Sequence record: PX421306.1
Reading direction: 5' to 3' (one strand)
DNA length: 64,000 nt
Origin: a phage
Below the pieces are notes generated by a model that saw only the letters and a program-made list of their open reading frames with translations, searched no databases and was not told the DNA's origin. A program made the translations under genes and the position numbers. Of the stretch, positions 9,340 through 17,556 are shown in pieces. Position 1 is the stretch's first letter; the number at the start of each line of letters is the position of its first letter.

Positions 9340-9795
9340 TTAAAAGAGGCTGTTCATTATTCGGTAAAGTGAAGGACCCATCACATATTGCCACTGAGTA
9401 CGAGGAATAAGGGCAAAAGCATCCATCTCTGGAATCATAACACCATCTTTATTTTCAAAATAAGACTCGCAATGGCAATTTCTAAACATCTCATGCTCTA
9501 CTGGAATCGTATAATAAAATAACTGTAAGTCTTTATTACTAGAATATTTAAATACACCTAGGTCTTCTAGAAGGTCTGGACTATAATTGCTAAAACCGGT
9601 CTCTTCTAAACATTCTCTTCGTGCTGCATCTAGTGCGCTTAAATCAGAATTTTCTACGCGCCCCCTTGGAATATCCCAGCGATGTGCCATCATTCCAGGC
9701 TTACGAGAACCAGTAACTCGTCCCATAAATAAATCTTTATCTTCTGTCATAAAGATAATACCAGCTGATAATGTTTTCATTTTAATTTCCTGCAT
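9340..9795 (-). CDS. nudE: Nudix hydrolase
   Basis: 151 aa; Nudix box GRVENSDLSALDAARRECLEETGF; position downstream partner of e as in T4. Confidence 0.85.
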   Translation of the reverse strand: MQEIKMKTLSAGIIFMTEDKDLFMGRVTGSRKPGMMAHRWDIPRGRVENSDLSALDAARRECLEETGFSNYSPDLLEDLGVFKYSSNKDLQLFYYTIPVEHEMFRNCHCESYFENKDGVMIPEMDAFALIPRTQWQYVMGPSLYRIMNSLF

Positions 9796-10265
9796 TCGGT
9801 GATAAAATTATTTAAATTTTGAGTATATTTCTTTTCATCAAAAATCTTTTGCTGCCTACGTAACCGCCATGGCATTTCAATGAACACGCACCATATTCCT
9901 GATAGTACTGCTGCTGTAAAAATATTAACAAGTATAATTAAAAGAATCCAATCTTCCGTTCTGCCTACTGGACTTTCTCCAAAGAAGCAAAATACAAATG
10001 ATGTCACAGGAAAACTAATAATATACCACAGAATAACCTTCTTATCTGTGAACCAATCAGCGTTCGTTAACTTAGCGCGACCATTTCGAATACACACGAA
10101 TTTATCATCTGTTACAGTAGATGGCTTAACTGCTTGATATCCCATTCTAAACTCCCTAATCAGCAAATTTTTCATATCTTCGGAACAGCCATTCCAGTCA
10201 ACTCTATCGACTGAAATGCCATCGTCCCCATCATCTAAATCATACCAGCGAGTTTTTAAAATCAT
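9777..10265 (-). CDS. small membrane protein (2 predicted TM helices)
   Basis: 162 aa; hydrophobic segments VILWYIISFPVTSFVFCFFG and WILLIILVNIFTAAVLSGIWCVFI; C-terminal ...ECRKLK tail. Confidence 0.55.
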   Translation of the reverse strand: MILKTRWYDLDDGDDGISVDRVDWNGCSEDMKNLLIREFRMGYQAVKPSTVTDDKFVCIRNGRAKLTNADWFTDKKVILWYIISFPVTSFVFCFFGESPVGRTEDWILLIILVNIFTAAVLSGIWCVFIEMPWRLRRQQKIFDEKKYTQNLNNFITECRKLK

Positions 10266-10516
10266 TTAATTTTCCTACAATCACTCACAAACTCTTCCAT
10301 TGATTCTTTTTCAATATAAGACATGTAGTTATTATATTCCTTTAATTGTATTTTGTAATCCTTTTTTCTTTGCCAATTTATTTTAAAATTATCATAATGA
10401 AAATATAACATGGTACCAAAGAATGAAAATAATGAAATCGCTATAGTATAACGAAGTTCACTCCAAACCTCTGTTATAATTACTGTGCCGTCGATGTTTA
10501 AAATAATACAGTCCAA
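10262..10516 (-). CDS. small membrane protein
   Basis: 84 aa; one hydrophobic helix; C-terminal ...DCRKIK tail similar to neighbour. Confidence 0.5.
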   Translation of the reverse strand: MDCIILNIDGTVIITEVWSELRYTIAISLFSFFGTMLYFHYDNFKINWQRKKDYKIQLKEYNNYMSYIEKESMEEFVSDCRKIK

Positions 10517-10606
10517 TTAACAATCCAATAAGACTACCAGCAAGAGCTGCAAATACTGACACGGCAAGAATTAATAGTGCCTCAGGAAACGAATATTTGA
10601 CTTTAT

Positions 10607-11020
10607 TTAGTTTTGGCTTTTGCATCGTGATTCCTTAACAAATTTCATAATTTCATTAAATTCATGCATATCAAGTTTAAGCTGGTGTTCCTTTTTAATC
10701 TTTTTACACTGAGCTTTCCATTCGCGTACGCGTTTACGATAATGTCTTCCTTGATACCAGTATCCTACCCAATTTACAGGTACTAATAAAAGTGGAACTA
10801 TTAATGGAAGAATTAGCATTAACACAAGTATTTCGCCAGAATCAATATCAGTCATAACATCTAAAACACCTCCAATAATCAATAGAATTACAAATGATAT
10901 GAGTATAACAGGACCTATTAATACATCAGTAGAAATTAGCTGACGCTTTGGTTCATACTTCACAGGTTTACTTGGAAGGTATAGTGATGGCTTTGACATA
11001 TTCTCTACATTCCTTAACAA
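10607..11020 (-). CDS. small membrane protein (2 predicted TM helices)
   Basis: 137 aa (true start may be internal ATG at 10999); hydrophobic helices; C-terminal ...ESRCKSQN. Confidence 0.5.
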   Translation of the reverse strand: MLRNVENMSKPSLYLPSKPVKYEPKRQLISTDVLIGPVILISFVILLIIGGVLDVMTDIDSGEILVLMLILPLIVPLLLVPVNWVGYWYQGRHYRKRVREWKAQCKKIKKEHQLKLDMHEFNEIMKFVKESRCKSQN

Positions 11021-11573
11021 ATTTTTCTAATAATAAATCGCTTTCAAAATTAGGATTTTCCACGAATTTATCAAAAAGATCATCAACGATAGTTAAGATA
11101 TTCTTTTTACTAAGAATACGCTTATTTTCATATTTTGTTTCAGAGTCAACTATAAGAGTAAAGAAATATTTCTTTCCCTGAAATTTTACCGTAGTATCAA
11201 TATAGAACAAATTTGACTTTTGTAAATTACGTTTAAACCATGCGTCACTTAAACTGTAAACGCCAAGATAATCATAATCGTCATTTAAATAACAAACTGT
11301 CCATTCAGGAGAAATGAAATCAGTAAATTCAACATCAAAATCACACGTCAATGAATGAATTGATTCAATACTTTTAATGAGTATTCCAGGACGTATTAAA
11401 GACTTTTTACCTTTATAAAATCCAGAAAGACTTTCATCAGTTTCATATGAAGACCCCCAATAGTAATTACGTCCTTCTGCCATACGTTTAAGAGCATTTA
11501 GTAATTGGTCTGGAACATCAATCTGTCTTTGGAACTCTTCAAACATTGAATTGAAATCACTTTGCATTTTCAT
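10968..11573 (-). CDS. hypothetical protein
   Basis: 201-aa ORF; no recognisable motif; overlaps downstream gene. Confidence 0.55.
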   Translation of the reverse strand: MKMQSDFNSMFEEFQRQIDVPDQLLNALKRMAEGRNYYWGSSYETDESLSGFYKGKKSLIRPGILIKSIESIHSLTCDFDVEFTDFISPEWTVCYLNDDYDYLGVYSLSDAWFKRNLQKSNLFYIDTTVKFQGKKYFFTLIVDSETKYENKRILSKKNILTIVDDLFDKFVENPNFESDLLLEKFVKECREYVKAITIPSK

Positions 11574-11594
11574 TCCTATTTACTCCAAGTAATA

Positions 11595-11620
11595 GGGGCC
11601 GAAGCCCCTTATCATTATTT
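11595..11620 (-). terminator. possible intrinsic terminator
   Basis: GGGGCCGAAGCCCC tetraloop hairpin in intergenic gap; flanking T-richness moderate. Confidence 0.4.
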
Positions 11621-12208
11621 CAGAGAATTAATGTATTCCTGAACATCGGCAGAGGTAGTTTCAACCCCAGAAATATTGCCGTTAAAAGTTTCAACTCGAG
11701 CAAGGGTATCTTCAATATCAACCTTAGTCAGTGCTGCAATTTCAACTACATCATCGGCAGTACTAATTCCAAGGGCATTTGCCGCACGAGTTTCACGGAT
11801 ATATTCCAATTTAACTGCAAGTTCTTGGCGAGCATCATCTAACTCAACTACTTTCTTGGCGATTTCAATTCGCATTTCAGCATAACCGTCAGCTTTAGTA
11901 GTCAACTGCTCAGCTGTTCGACGATATAGCAAACCGAGTTTAGCATGCATTGTTACATCTTGACCTTCGGAAAGAAGTTTACGAATTTCACGCTCTTTTG
12001 ATTCGGCCTGTCGATTCTTTTCGATAACAAGTTCACGAATACGTTTTTCTTCATTAATAGATTTAATAGAAGCAGTTTTTAGATCTTTAATTTTATCAAG
12101 TAATTTTGCTGCTGCAGCAGTATACTGTTCTTCGACAGATAGATTTTTAGCCATAGCAGAACCAAGTTTAGTGCGAATAAACTCAACAATTTTCTTCAGT
12201 GTGTTCAT
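11615..12208 (-). CDS. coiled-coil protein, possibly PspA/IM30-like
   Basis: 197 aa, almost entirely helical heptad-like K/E/R-rich sequence; early-type promoter upstream, hairpin downstream. Confidence 0.55.
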   Translation of the reverse strand: MNTLKKIVEFIRTKLGSAMAKNLSVEEQYTAAAAKLLDKIKDLKTASIKSINEEKRIRELVIEKNRQAESKEREIRKLLSEGQDVTMHAKLGLLYRRTAEQLTTKADGYAEMRIEIAKKVVELDDARQELAVKLEYIRETRAANALGISTADDVVEIAALTKVDIEDTLARVETFNGNISGVETTSADVQEYINSLK

Positions 12209-12244
12209 AGTATTTCCTTAGGTTGATTGAAATTTAAAATCCAT

Positions 12245-12280
12245 GGAAGTATTATATCTTGTTCTCCAAGGGATGTAAAC
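12245..12280 (-). promoter_or_regulatory. early-type promoter
   Basis: Minus-strand GTTTAC (12275-12280) and TATAAT (12251-12256), 18-nt spacer; upstream of coiled-coil gene. Confidence 0.5.
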
Positions 12281-12283
12281 ATG

Positions 12284-12679
12284 TTATTTCATTTTTGCGA
12301 GGCAGATTTCATTGGCTTCCCATTGGGCTTGCTTAATAATAGCTTTGGATACAGGAACCTTTTGACCATAAGTTTTTGATGTTGAGAGAACAATATATTT
12401 GTTTGCCTCATTATGCCAACCCCACGATTTTTCACCATGAGTACCTTTAACTACAGCTGACACCTCAACAGAACAACCATCAGCTCCAATCTTGGTATCC
12501 ACAATCCATTCATTTCTCTCGGCAGCTTCATTTTCCGATCTCATTTTTTCTTCATACACGGCGGCCCAATCAGTTTTTGTCAAGCTTAAACTAAGAGCTT
12601 TCTCTAATTCTTTGGCAGCTTTTTGTTGTTCGGGTGTTAATGAATTATATAACTCTCGCATTTCTTTATCTTCACTCAT
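12284..12679 (-). CDS. hypothetical protein
   Basis: 131-aa ORF with its own upstream promoter-like motif. Confidence 0.55.
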   Translation of the reverse strand: MSEDKEMRELYNSLTPEQQKAAKELEKALSLSLTKTDWAAVYEEKMRSENEAAERNEWIVDTKIGADGCSVEVSAVVKGTHGEKSWGWHNEANKYIVLSTSKTYGQKVPVSKAIIKQAQWEANEICLAKMK

Positions 12680-12704
12680 AACAGTTTCCTCATATTGGCA
12701 TAAT

Positions 12705-12740
12705 TAGATAATATCACGTTTCCAATAGATTGTAAACTTA
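12705..12740 (-). promoter_or_regulatory. early-type promoter
   Basis: Minus-strand GTTTAC (12732-12737) and TATTAT (12708-12713). Confidence 0.45.
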
Positions 12741-13073
12741 TTCTTCGTCTAGTTCATCGATAAAGGCGTCGATGGCCTCGACAACGGCATCATTGATAGC
12801 CAATAAAATAAAATCATCGTCAGTACCTTTAGAAGATTCTAAAGCATTGATATATGCTTGGTTGGCGAGTTCCCAAGCCTTTTTAAAATAAGGAGCTTCA
12901 TCATCAGGACAAATATCCCGCACACCTTCAAAGATACGATTGGCATAATCTAACACCCATTGTACAGGCATGTTTTGAGAACGTTCATTAAACTCTTTAA
13001 AGTCCTTAGATTCAAAAAGCTCTTCAGGATAATCATTTCTATTACAAAAATCTTTGCTAAAGTTACGTTTCAT
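12738..13073 (-). CDS. hypothetical acidic protein
   Basis: 111-aa ORF, acidic C-terminus; promoter-like motif upstream. Confidence 0.55.
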   Translation of the reverse strand: MKRNFSKDFCNRNDYPEELFESKDFKEFNERSQNMPVQWVLDYANRIFEGVRDICPDDEAPYFKKAWELANQAYINALESSKGTDDDFILLAINDAVVEAIDAFIDELDEE

Positions 13074-13097
13074 ATTGTTTTCCTTTGTGATGATAAG

Positions 13098-13132
13098 TCT
13101 ATAGTAACGCCTTCATACTTAGATGTAAACTA
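13098..13132 (-). promoter_or_regulatory. early-type promoter
   Basis: Minus-strand GTTTAC (13125-13130) and TACTAT (13101-13106). Confidence 0.45.
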
Positions 13133-13283
13133 TTTTAACGTCGCCTTTTGCTGCTTTATAACCTTCAGCCCAAGATATAACCGACTTCTTATCTGAAGAT
13201 TCAAAGTCAGGCATTGGACTTTCATCAATGTTCACACAGTATGTTTCTTCATTTTCGTCAAACCAAATAGTTAAAGTAGTCAT
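13119..13283 (-). CDS. hypothetical small protein (54 aa)
   Basis: ORF below the 60-aa track cutoff found by eye: ATG at 13281-13283 preceded by GGAG RBS, MTTLTIWFDENEETYC...; stop overlaps promoter motif. Confidence 0.35.
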   Translation of the reverse strand: MTTLTIWFDENEETYCVNIDESPMPDFESSDKKSVISWAEGYKAAKGDVKIVYI

Positions 13284-13351
13284 TTATTTCTCCGCTTCTG
13301 TGATTGTTTTGATAAATCTATAATAACACCATCCTTGGTGTTTGTACACAT

Positions 13352-13615
13352 TTATTTCATATTATTGAAATATTCTTCTGCGATTTCGTCGTTATCATGA
13401 TAAACTTTAGAAGACAGTTTAACATAACCTTCTGCTGTGAACATGTTAATCACAACCTTTACAGTATACCACTGACCGTCTTCATTACCCATTACTGCGT
13501 AAGTTTCAAACATCGGATGATCAGGACCGATAACTTTAATATCATTCACTGTACGACCGAAATCTTCTGAAACGCATTTCATAAAGAAGTTGAACAGTTC
13601 GCCGTAATTATCCAT
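13352..13615 (-). CDS. hypothetical protein
   Basis: Start set at internal ATG 13615 (MDNYGELF...) with GGAGAATGAA RBS, downstream of early-type promoter at about 13655-13695. Confidence 0.5.
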   Translation of the reverse strand: MDNYGELFNFFMKCVSEDFGRTVNDIKVIGPDHPMFETYAVMGNEDGQWYTVKVVINMFTAEGYVKLSSKVYHDNDEIAEEYFNNMK

Positions 13616-13654
13616 TTCATTCTCCAAGTTGTTTTTCTGTATCAGTAGTTGATA

Positions 13655-13695
13655 GTTGTATAGTACCATGGAAGAACAGGGATGTAAACAGTTTT
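13655..13695 (-). promoter_or_regulatory. early-type promoter
   Basis: Minus-strand GTTTAC (13684-13689) and TACTAT (13660-13665). Confidence 0.5.
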
Positions 13696-13822
13696 GTGAA
13701 AAATTTTTTAAAAAGTTTTAGGGAATTCTAGGGAAGGGAGGGGCAATTAAAAGGTAGGATAATATATTATAAAGGGTATAAACTAAATGATGCCTAGAGA
13801 GATCCAGAAAGGCCTAGATGCC

Positions 13823-13847
13823 AAAAAGCCCTATCATTTAGATAGGG
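13823..13847 (-). terminator. intrinsic terminator after internal-protein-like gene
   Basis: Hairpin CCCTATC...GATAGGG followed on minus strand by CTTTTTGG. Confidence 0.55.
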
Positions 13848-13855
13848 ATTTAAAA

Positions 13856-14419
13856 TTATTTATCTAGTTTAGTTATTATAGCTTCTGCGGCAGCTTTTAG
13901 CTTAGATGCGGTGTTAATACGATTTTTAATTTCAGTATACGCATCGCCAAGAACATCAAGGCTATCAGAATAAACACTTACGCTATTGCGTTCGCTATTT
14001 GAAATAGAACCTTTAGTTTTACGATCAAAATCGGTGTACACGTCTTGAAGATCACGGGCTGCCTTCTTTGCATCATCCAATGCATCAAGAGCTTTATTCA
14101 AAGCATTAACGTATTTTTTAGTGTCGAACATATTCTTAGAAATTTTAACAGGTGCGCGTTCAGGAGTAGCTAATGCAGATTTAGGAACCTGAGCGCCAGA
14201 TGCCAATTTCTTAGAAATTTTGAAAAACGCTTTATTGAATTTATTTTCTTGACTCATCGTAAAAGAACTATTATCGATGTTGTACATTTCAATAGCTTTA
14301 GCTTTCCACTTAAGAAAATCGCCGCGGTCTTTTGGGTCCAAGTGGAAGAATACTTTAGTAAGATCTGCTTCAGATGGTAATTTTGCTGCTTCGGTTAAAA
14401 ATTCGGCATAGGTTTTCAT
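13856..14419 (-). CDS. internal-protein-like capsid-targeted protein
   Basis: 187 aa; N-terminal MKTYAEFLTEAA capsid-targeting leader; flanked by terminator hairpins. Confidence 0.7.
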   Translation of the reverse strand: MKTYAEFLTEAAKLPSEADLTKVFFHLDPKDRGDFLKWKAKAIEMYNIDNSSFTMSQENKFNKAFFKISKKLASGAQVPKSALATPERAPVKISKNMFDTKKYVNALNKALDALDDAKKAARDLQDVYTDFDRKTKGSISNSERNSVSVYSDSLDVLGDAYTEIKNRINTASKLKAAAEAIITKLDK

Positions 14420-14507
14420 TTAAAATCCTTGAAATAATCTATCGGTTGGTTATTAATTATTTATTACTTTGTTATTATCCGTAACAGCATTCTCTATGTG
14501 ATTCAAA

Positions 14508-14536
14508 CTAAAAACCCCAACCTTTCGGTCGGGGCT
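14508..14536 (-). terminator. intrinsic terminator
   Basis: Hairpin CCCCGACCGAAAGGTTGGGG then UUUUU on minus strand; duplicate copy at 15065-15094. Confidence 0.65.
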
Positions 14537-14543
14537 AAGAATG

Positions 14544-15017
14544 TTATTTGATTTGTTTAGCAGACCAAATGCGGTCTTTGATGATTTTTTGGATGTCTTC
14601 AACATACTCTAGGTCATGAGCATGTGGGTTATCTTTGAAACTATAAGCACGAGCTAGTTTTTGGCCTTCAGTTTTGATTACTAAAAGCTCTTTAAGGATA
14701 GCTTCATATTTAGCGATAATTCCTTTAACAATATTTTTTTCTTGTGCAGCTTTAGGATCTGCTTTAGGAGCAGGTTTACCCGAAGCCTTTGCAAAAGCAG
14801 CACCAGTAGCAACTAAACTTTTCCAGGCCATACTAACCGCATTTCCTGTAAATCCTTCTGCTTTCATGTCGCGAGCAAACTGGAATCGTGATTCGTCAGA
14901 AGCATCTTTATAGGAATATTTACCCGCTGCAATGGCTGCTTTTGCGACAGCTTGAATTTCGGTGCTAGATGCTTCATTTAACACCGCTTCATTTAAAAAT
15001 TGAGCATATGATTTCAT
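14544..15017 (-). CDS. internal-protein-like capsid-targeted protein
   Basis: 157 aa; N-terminal MKSYAQFLNEAV leader of same type; Ala/Lys-rich body. Confidence 0.7.
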   Translation of the reverse strand: MKSYAQFLNEAVLNEASSTEIQAVAKAAIAAGKYSYKDASDESRFQFARDMKAEGFTGNAVSMAWKSLVATGAAFAKASGKPAPKADPKAAQEKNIVKGIIAKYEAILKELLVIKTEGQKLARAYSFKDNPHAHDLEYVEDIQKIIKDRIWSAKQIK

Positions 15018-15064
15018 CTTATTTCCTGTTTTAATTCGTGATTTAATATACTACTATATTTATA

Positions 15065-15094
15065 CTAAAAAGCCCCAACCTTTCGGTCGGGGCT
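15065..15094 (-). terminator. intrinsic terminator
   Basis: Same AGCCCCGACCGAAAGGTTGGGGCT hairpin + U-run, upstream of the IP-like gene. Confidence 0.65.
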
Positions 15095-15097
15095 AAG

Positions 15098-15240
15098 CCT
15101 TGCGGCAACCTTGTCGGGGTTCCACCTGCTAAGGCAAGTGTTTGTACGAAACGCCGGGATTCGAACCCGGTTATTAAGCAGTTGACGCTACTTAATATTT
15201 TTAAAAGGCCATATCTCGACCATATCCGAACGTTCCGTCA
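15098..15240 (-). ncRNA. tRNA-like stable RNA candidate
   Basis: Perfect T-arm-like CCGGGTTCGAATCCCGG (minus strand, 15154-15170) with pairing 7-nt acceptor-like strands, but non-canonical D/anticodon region; boundaries approximate. Confidence 0.3.
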
Positions 15241-15405
15241 AAAACGCTACTCGGCTTACGGCAAAGATATTTCCTCGAATCGATAATTCGGTGCGCCGTT
15301 TCTGCTGTGATGTAAGAGGGCATCAACAAATCATAAAGATTTATTAACACAATTCCTTACCCAGGGAACATCAGTCCGACGACTTACCGGTAGCGACCCG
15401 GTTTC

Positions 15406-15756
15406 TTAATATTCTTTTAAAGCATCAATCTGTTCACGGCGTTTACGCCATAAATCAATTGCTTCATACGCAGATTCAGCATTTCGAATTGGACGGCATT
15501 TATATAAAGACTTATGATTTTGATATTGTGTAGATAACGGAATTTTATCTAAAAGGTCTTTACGTTCAAAGTATTCGTAACCATCTAAGCCAAATGAACG
15601 ATTTTTGAGAAATTGCCAATGACCGTATTCGTTTTCGACATAAACATAATCTGCGTGCTGATAAAGCAAATTAATTACGCGTTCAGAAATAACAGTGTCA
15701 TTATGATTAAAATAGAATGTTAAATCATGAACTACTAAATAAACATTACCTTTCAT
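15406..15756 (-). CDS. hypothetical protein within tRNA region
   Basis: 116-aa ORF between tRNA-Arg and the tRNA-like element. Confidence 0.5.
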   Translation of the reverse strand: MKGNVYLVVHDLTFYFNHNDTVISERVINLLYQHADYVYVENEYGHWQFLKNRSFGLDGYEYFERKDLLDKIPLSTQYQNHKSLYKCRPIRNAESAYEAIDLWRKRREQIDALKEY

Positions 15757-15772
15757 ATTTTCCTCACTTAAT

Positions 15773-15848
15773 TGGTCGAGGCAGTAGGGATCGAACCTAC
15801 GACCTAGGACTTAGAAGGTCCTTGCTCTTCCTTCTGAGCTATGCCTCG
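15773..15848 (-). tRNA. tRNA-Arg (anticodon UCU)
   Basis: Hand-folded cloverleaf: acceptor CGAGGCA/TGCCTCG, D-stem GCTC/GAGC, anticodon loop CUUCUAA, T-loop TTCGATC, encoded CCA. Confidence 0.8.
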
Positions 15849-15852
15849 GATT

Positions 15853-15927
15853 TGGCGGACGTGATAGGATTCGAACCTATAACCAATCGCTTAACAGGCG
15901 ATCGCTCTGCCATTGAGCTACACATCC
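15853..15927 (-). tRNA. tRNA-Asn (anticodon GUU)
   Basis: Hand-folded: acceptor GGATGTG/CACGTCC, anticodon loop CUGUUAA, T-loop TTCGAAT, encoded CCA. Confidence 0.7.
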
Positions 15928-15931
15928 AAAT

Positions 15932-16018
15932 TGGTGGGGAGTGATGGAGTCGAACCACCCGAGTCGCAATGACAATGGATTTACAGTCCACACCGCTACC
16001 TCTACGGGATAACTCCCC
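15932..16018 (-). tRNA. tRNA-Tyr (anticodon GUA), long variable arm
   Basis: Hand-folded: acceptor GGGGAGT/ACTCCCC, anticodon loop CUGUAAA, long variable arm, encoded CCA. Confidence 0.7.
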
Positions 16019-16031
16019 TTAATTCTTAATT

Positions 16032-16106
16032 TGGTGGCCCTGGGTGGAATTGAACCACCATCTGGCGATTATGAGTCGCTTGCTTGAACCTTCCAGCTAC
16101 AGGGCC
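16032..16106 (-). tRNA. tRNA with CAU anticodon (Met or lysidine-modified Ile)
   Basis: Hand-folded: acceptor GGCCCTG/CAGGGCC, anticodon loop CUCAUAA, T-loop TTCAATT. Confidence 0.7.
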
Positions 16107-16107
16107 T

Positions 16108-16183
16108 TGGTGCTGATTGACGGAATCGAACCGCCGACCTTCTCATTACAAGTGAGTTGCTCTACCTACTAAGCTAAATCAGC
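16108..16183 (-). tRNA. tRNA-Thr (anticodon UGU)
   Basis: Hand-folded: anticodon loop CUUGUAA, T-loop TTCGATT, encoded CCA. Confidence 0.75.
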
Positions 16184-16188
16184 AAAAC

Positions 16189-16278
16189 TGGCGGAGGCGA
16201 TAGGATTTGAACCTATGAGTCGCCGGAACGACTGCCGGTTTTCAAGACCGGTGCATTAAACCACTCTGCCACGCCTCC
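16189..16278 (-). tRNA. tRNA-Ser (anticodon UGA), long variable arm
   Basis: Hand-folded: acceptor GGAGGCG/CGCCTCC, anticodon loop CUUGAAA, long variable arm. Confidence 0.75.
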
Positions 16279-16281
16279 AGT

Positions 16282-16354
16282 CTCCATACAAGGATTTGAA
16301 CCTTGGACCTCCTGATCCCAAATCAGGCGCTCTACCAAACTGAGCTACACGGAG
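16282..16354 (-). tRNA. tRNA-Pro (anticodon UGG), CCA not encoded
   Basis: Hand-folded: D-arm TAGCTCAGTTTGGTAGAGC, anticodon loop UUUGGGA; abuts 5' end of tRNA-Ser (dimeric precursor arrangement). Confidence 0.7.
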
Positions 16355-16364
16355 TAAATTAAAT

Positions 16365-16438
<74 letters not shown>

Positions 16439-16443
16439 AAATT

Positions 16444-16530
16444 TGGTGCGAGAAGTGGGACTCGAACCCACAAGGAAATCATTCCGCAGCATTTTAAGTG
16501 CTGTGCCTTTACCAATTTGACCATTCTCGC
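16444..16530 (-). tRNA. tRNA-Leu (anticodon UAA), long variable arm
   Basis: Hand-folded: GCGAGAATGGTCAAATTGGTAAAGG..., anticodon loop CUUAAAA, T-loop TTCGAGT. Confidence 0.8.
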
Positions 16531-16531
16531 G

Positions 16532-16604
16532 CTGGGAATAAAGGACTCGAACCTTTGCATCCTGGAATCAAAATCCAGTGCCTTACCAACTTGGCTAATT
16601 CCCA
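16532..16604 (-). tRNA. tRNA-Gln (anticodon UUG), CCA not encoded
   Basis: Hand-folded: TGGGAATTAGCCAAGTTGGTAAGG..., anticodon loop UUUUGAU; directly abuts tRNA-Leu (dimeric precursor). Confidence 0.75.
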
Positions 16605-16701
16605 ATTATTAACAAAGGCTCTCAAGCAAGAACCCTTGATGATAGAGGGTATTAATCAGTGCGATATGAGTTAATAATAACAAATAATTCTTAAAGCATA
16701 T

Positions 16702-16989
16702 TTACCATTTATGATAATACATATTTACGATGCATTCAAGACCCAAAGGATTCTTGAAAATATCATATTCAAGAGGACCTTTTTCCGTTTCAATAAAGAA
16801 ATCAAAATTTACTGTATTAAATTTACGGTCTTCCTTCACTAATTTAACTTGAGAAGATGAACGATCAATGTAAACCTTTTCAACTTCAAAACATGTTAAA
16901 ATGCCATAATCATCAATCAAGGCTTTAGCTGCTTCTTGATCATATTTATATCCATTTTTAATGGATGATACTTTCGCATAAAGAATCAT
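16702..16989 (-). CDS. hypothetical protein
   Basis: 95-aa ORF between tRNA cluster and ipI. Confidence 0.5.
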   Translation of the reverse strand: MILYAKVSSIKNGYKYDQEAAKALIDDYGILTCFEVEKVYIDRSSSQVKLVKEDRKFNTVNFDFFIETEKGPLEYDIFKNPLGLECIVNMYYHKW

Positions 16990-16991
16990 TA

Positions 16992-17369
16992 TTAACCTTT
17001 ATCAACAATAGTATGTGTATGGGCATTTACGATTTGCCACCAGTCAAAACTATCGCCAAATCGTTTTGATTTATTGTCTTCAATAATTTGGCGTAATTCA
17101 TCTTCTGTTTCAGCATACGCAATCAAATCATCATATCCACCACGAGGATAATAATTATCACCTGCAAAAAGTAAAAAGTTTGGTTTAATATTATTGAACT
17201 CTTCAAGAGTAATAACTTTTCCTGATGGTAGTTGAACAATCTCTACATATTTATATCCTAATTTTTGAGCAGCATCTACTGCTTCAAGCAAAGTATCATG
17301 AGCCCATCCAATTTGACAACCTGGCTTTTCAGATGGATTAGCCTGATAATCCGCATACACTTTATACAT
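16992..17369 (-). CDS. hypothetical protein
   Basis: Start set at ATG 17369 (MYKVYADY...) preceded by AAAGGTG RBS; the longer track ORF appears to use a non-ATG start. Confidence 0.5.
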   Translation of the reverse strand: MYKVYADYQANPSEKPGCQIGWAHDTLLEAVDAAQKLGYKYVEIVQLPSGKVITLEEFNNIKPNFLLFAGDNYYPRGGYDDLIAYAETEDELRQIIEDNKSKRFGDSFDWWQIVNAHTHTIVDKG

Positions 17370-17370
17370 T

Positions 17371-17556
17371 CTATTCACCTTTAGAAATTTTATCCATAAC
17401 GATAGCAATTAAACCAATTAAAAATGCTACTACAAGTGAAAACACATTTTCTGCTGTAGTCAATAATCCGCATATAAATCCAACAAACATTGAAAAACTA
17501 AAAGCAGAAGCAGAAATTGCAATAGCAACATTTCGAATTAATTCACAGCGTTTCAT
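17371..17556 (-). CDS. small hydrophobic membrane protein
   Basis: 61 aa, mostly hydrophobic (two helices); early-type promoter upstream at about 17580-17620. Confidence 0.45.
   Translation of the reverse strand: MKRCELIRNVAIAISASAFSFSMFVGFICGLLTTAENVFSLVVAFLIGLIAIVMDKISKGE

Noticed and set aside
9587-10137. Plus-strand ORFs 9587-9802 and 9880-10137 in the early region
   Set aside because: Antisense to nudE and the membrane-protein ORF; the region is transcribed leftward and no plus-strand promoter or RBS is evident.
13700-13822. Intergenic segment with GCCTAGA direct repeats and G-rich GGGAAGGGAGGGG run
   Set aside because: Too short and irregular to call a repeat element or riboswitch by eye; likely promoter/terminator spacing. 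Recorded only as unexplained non-coding sequence.
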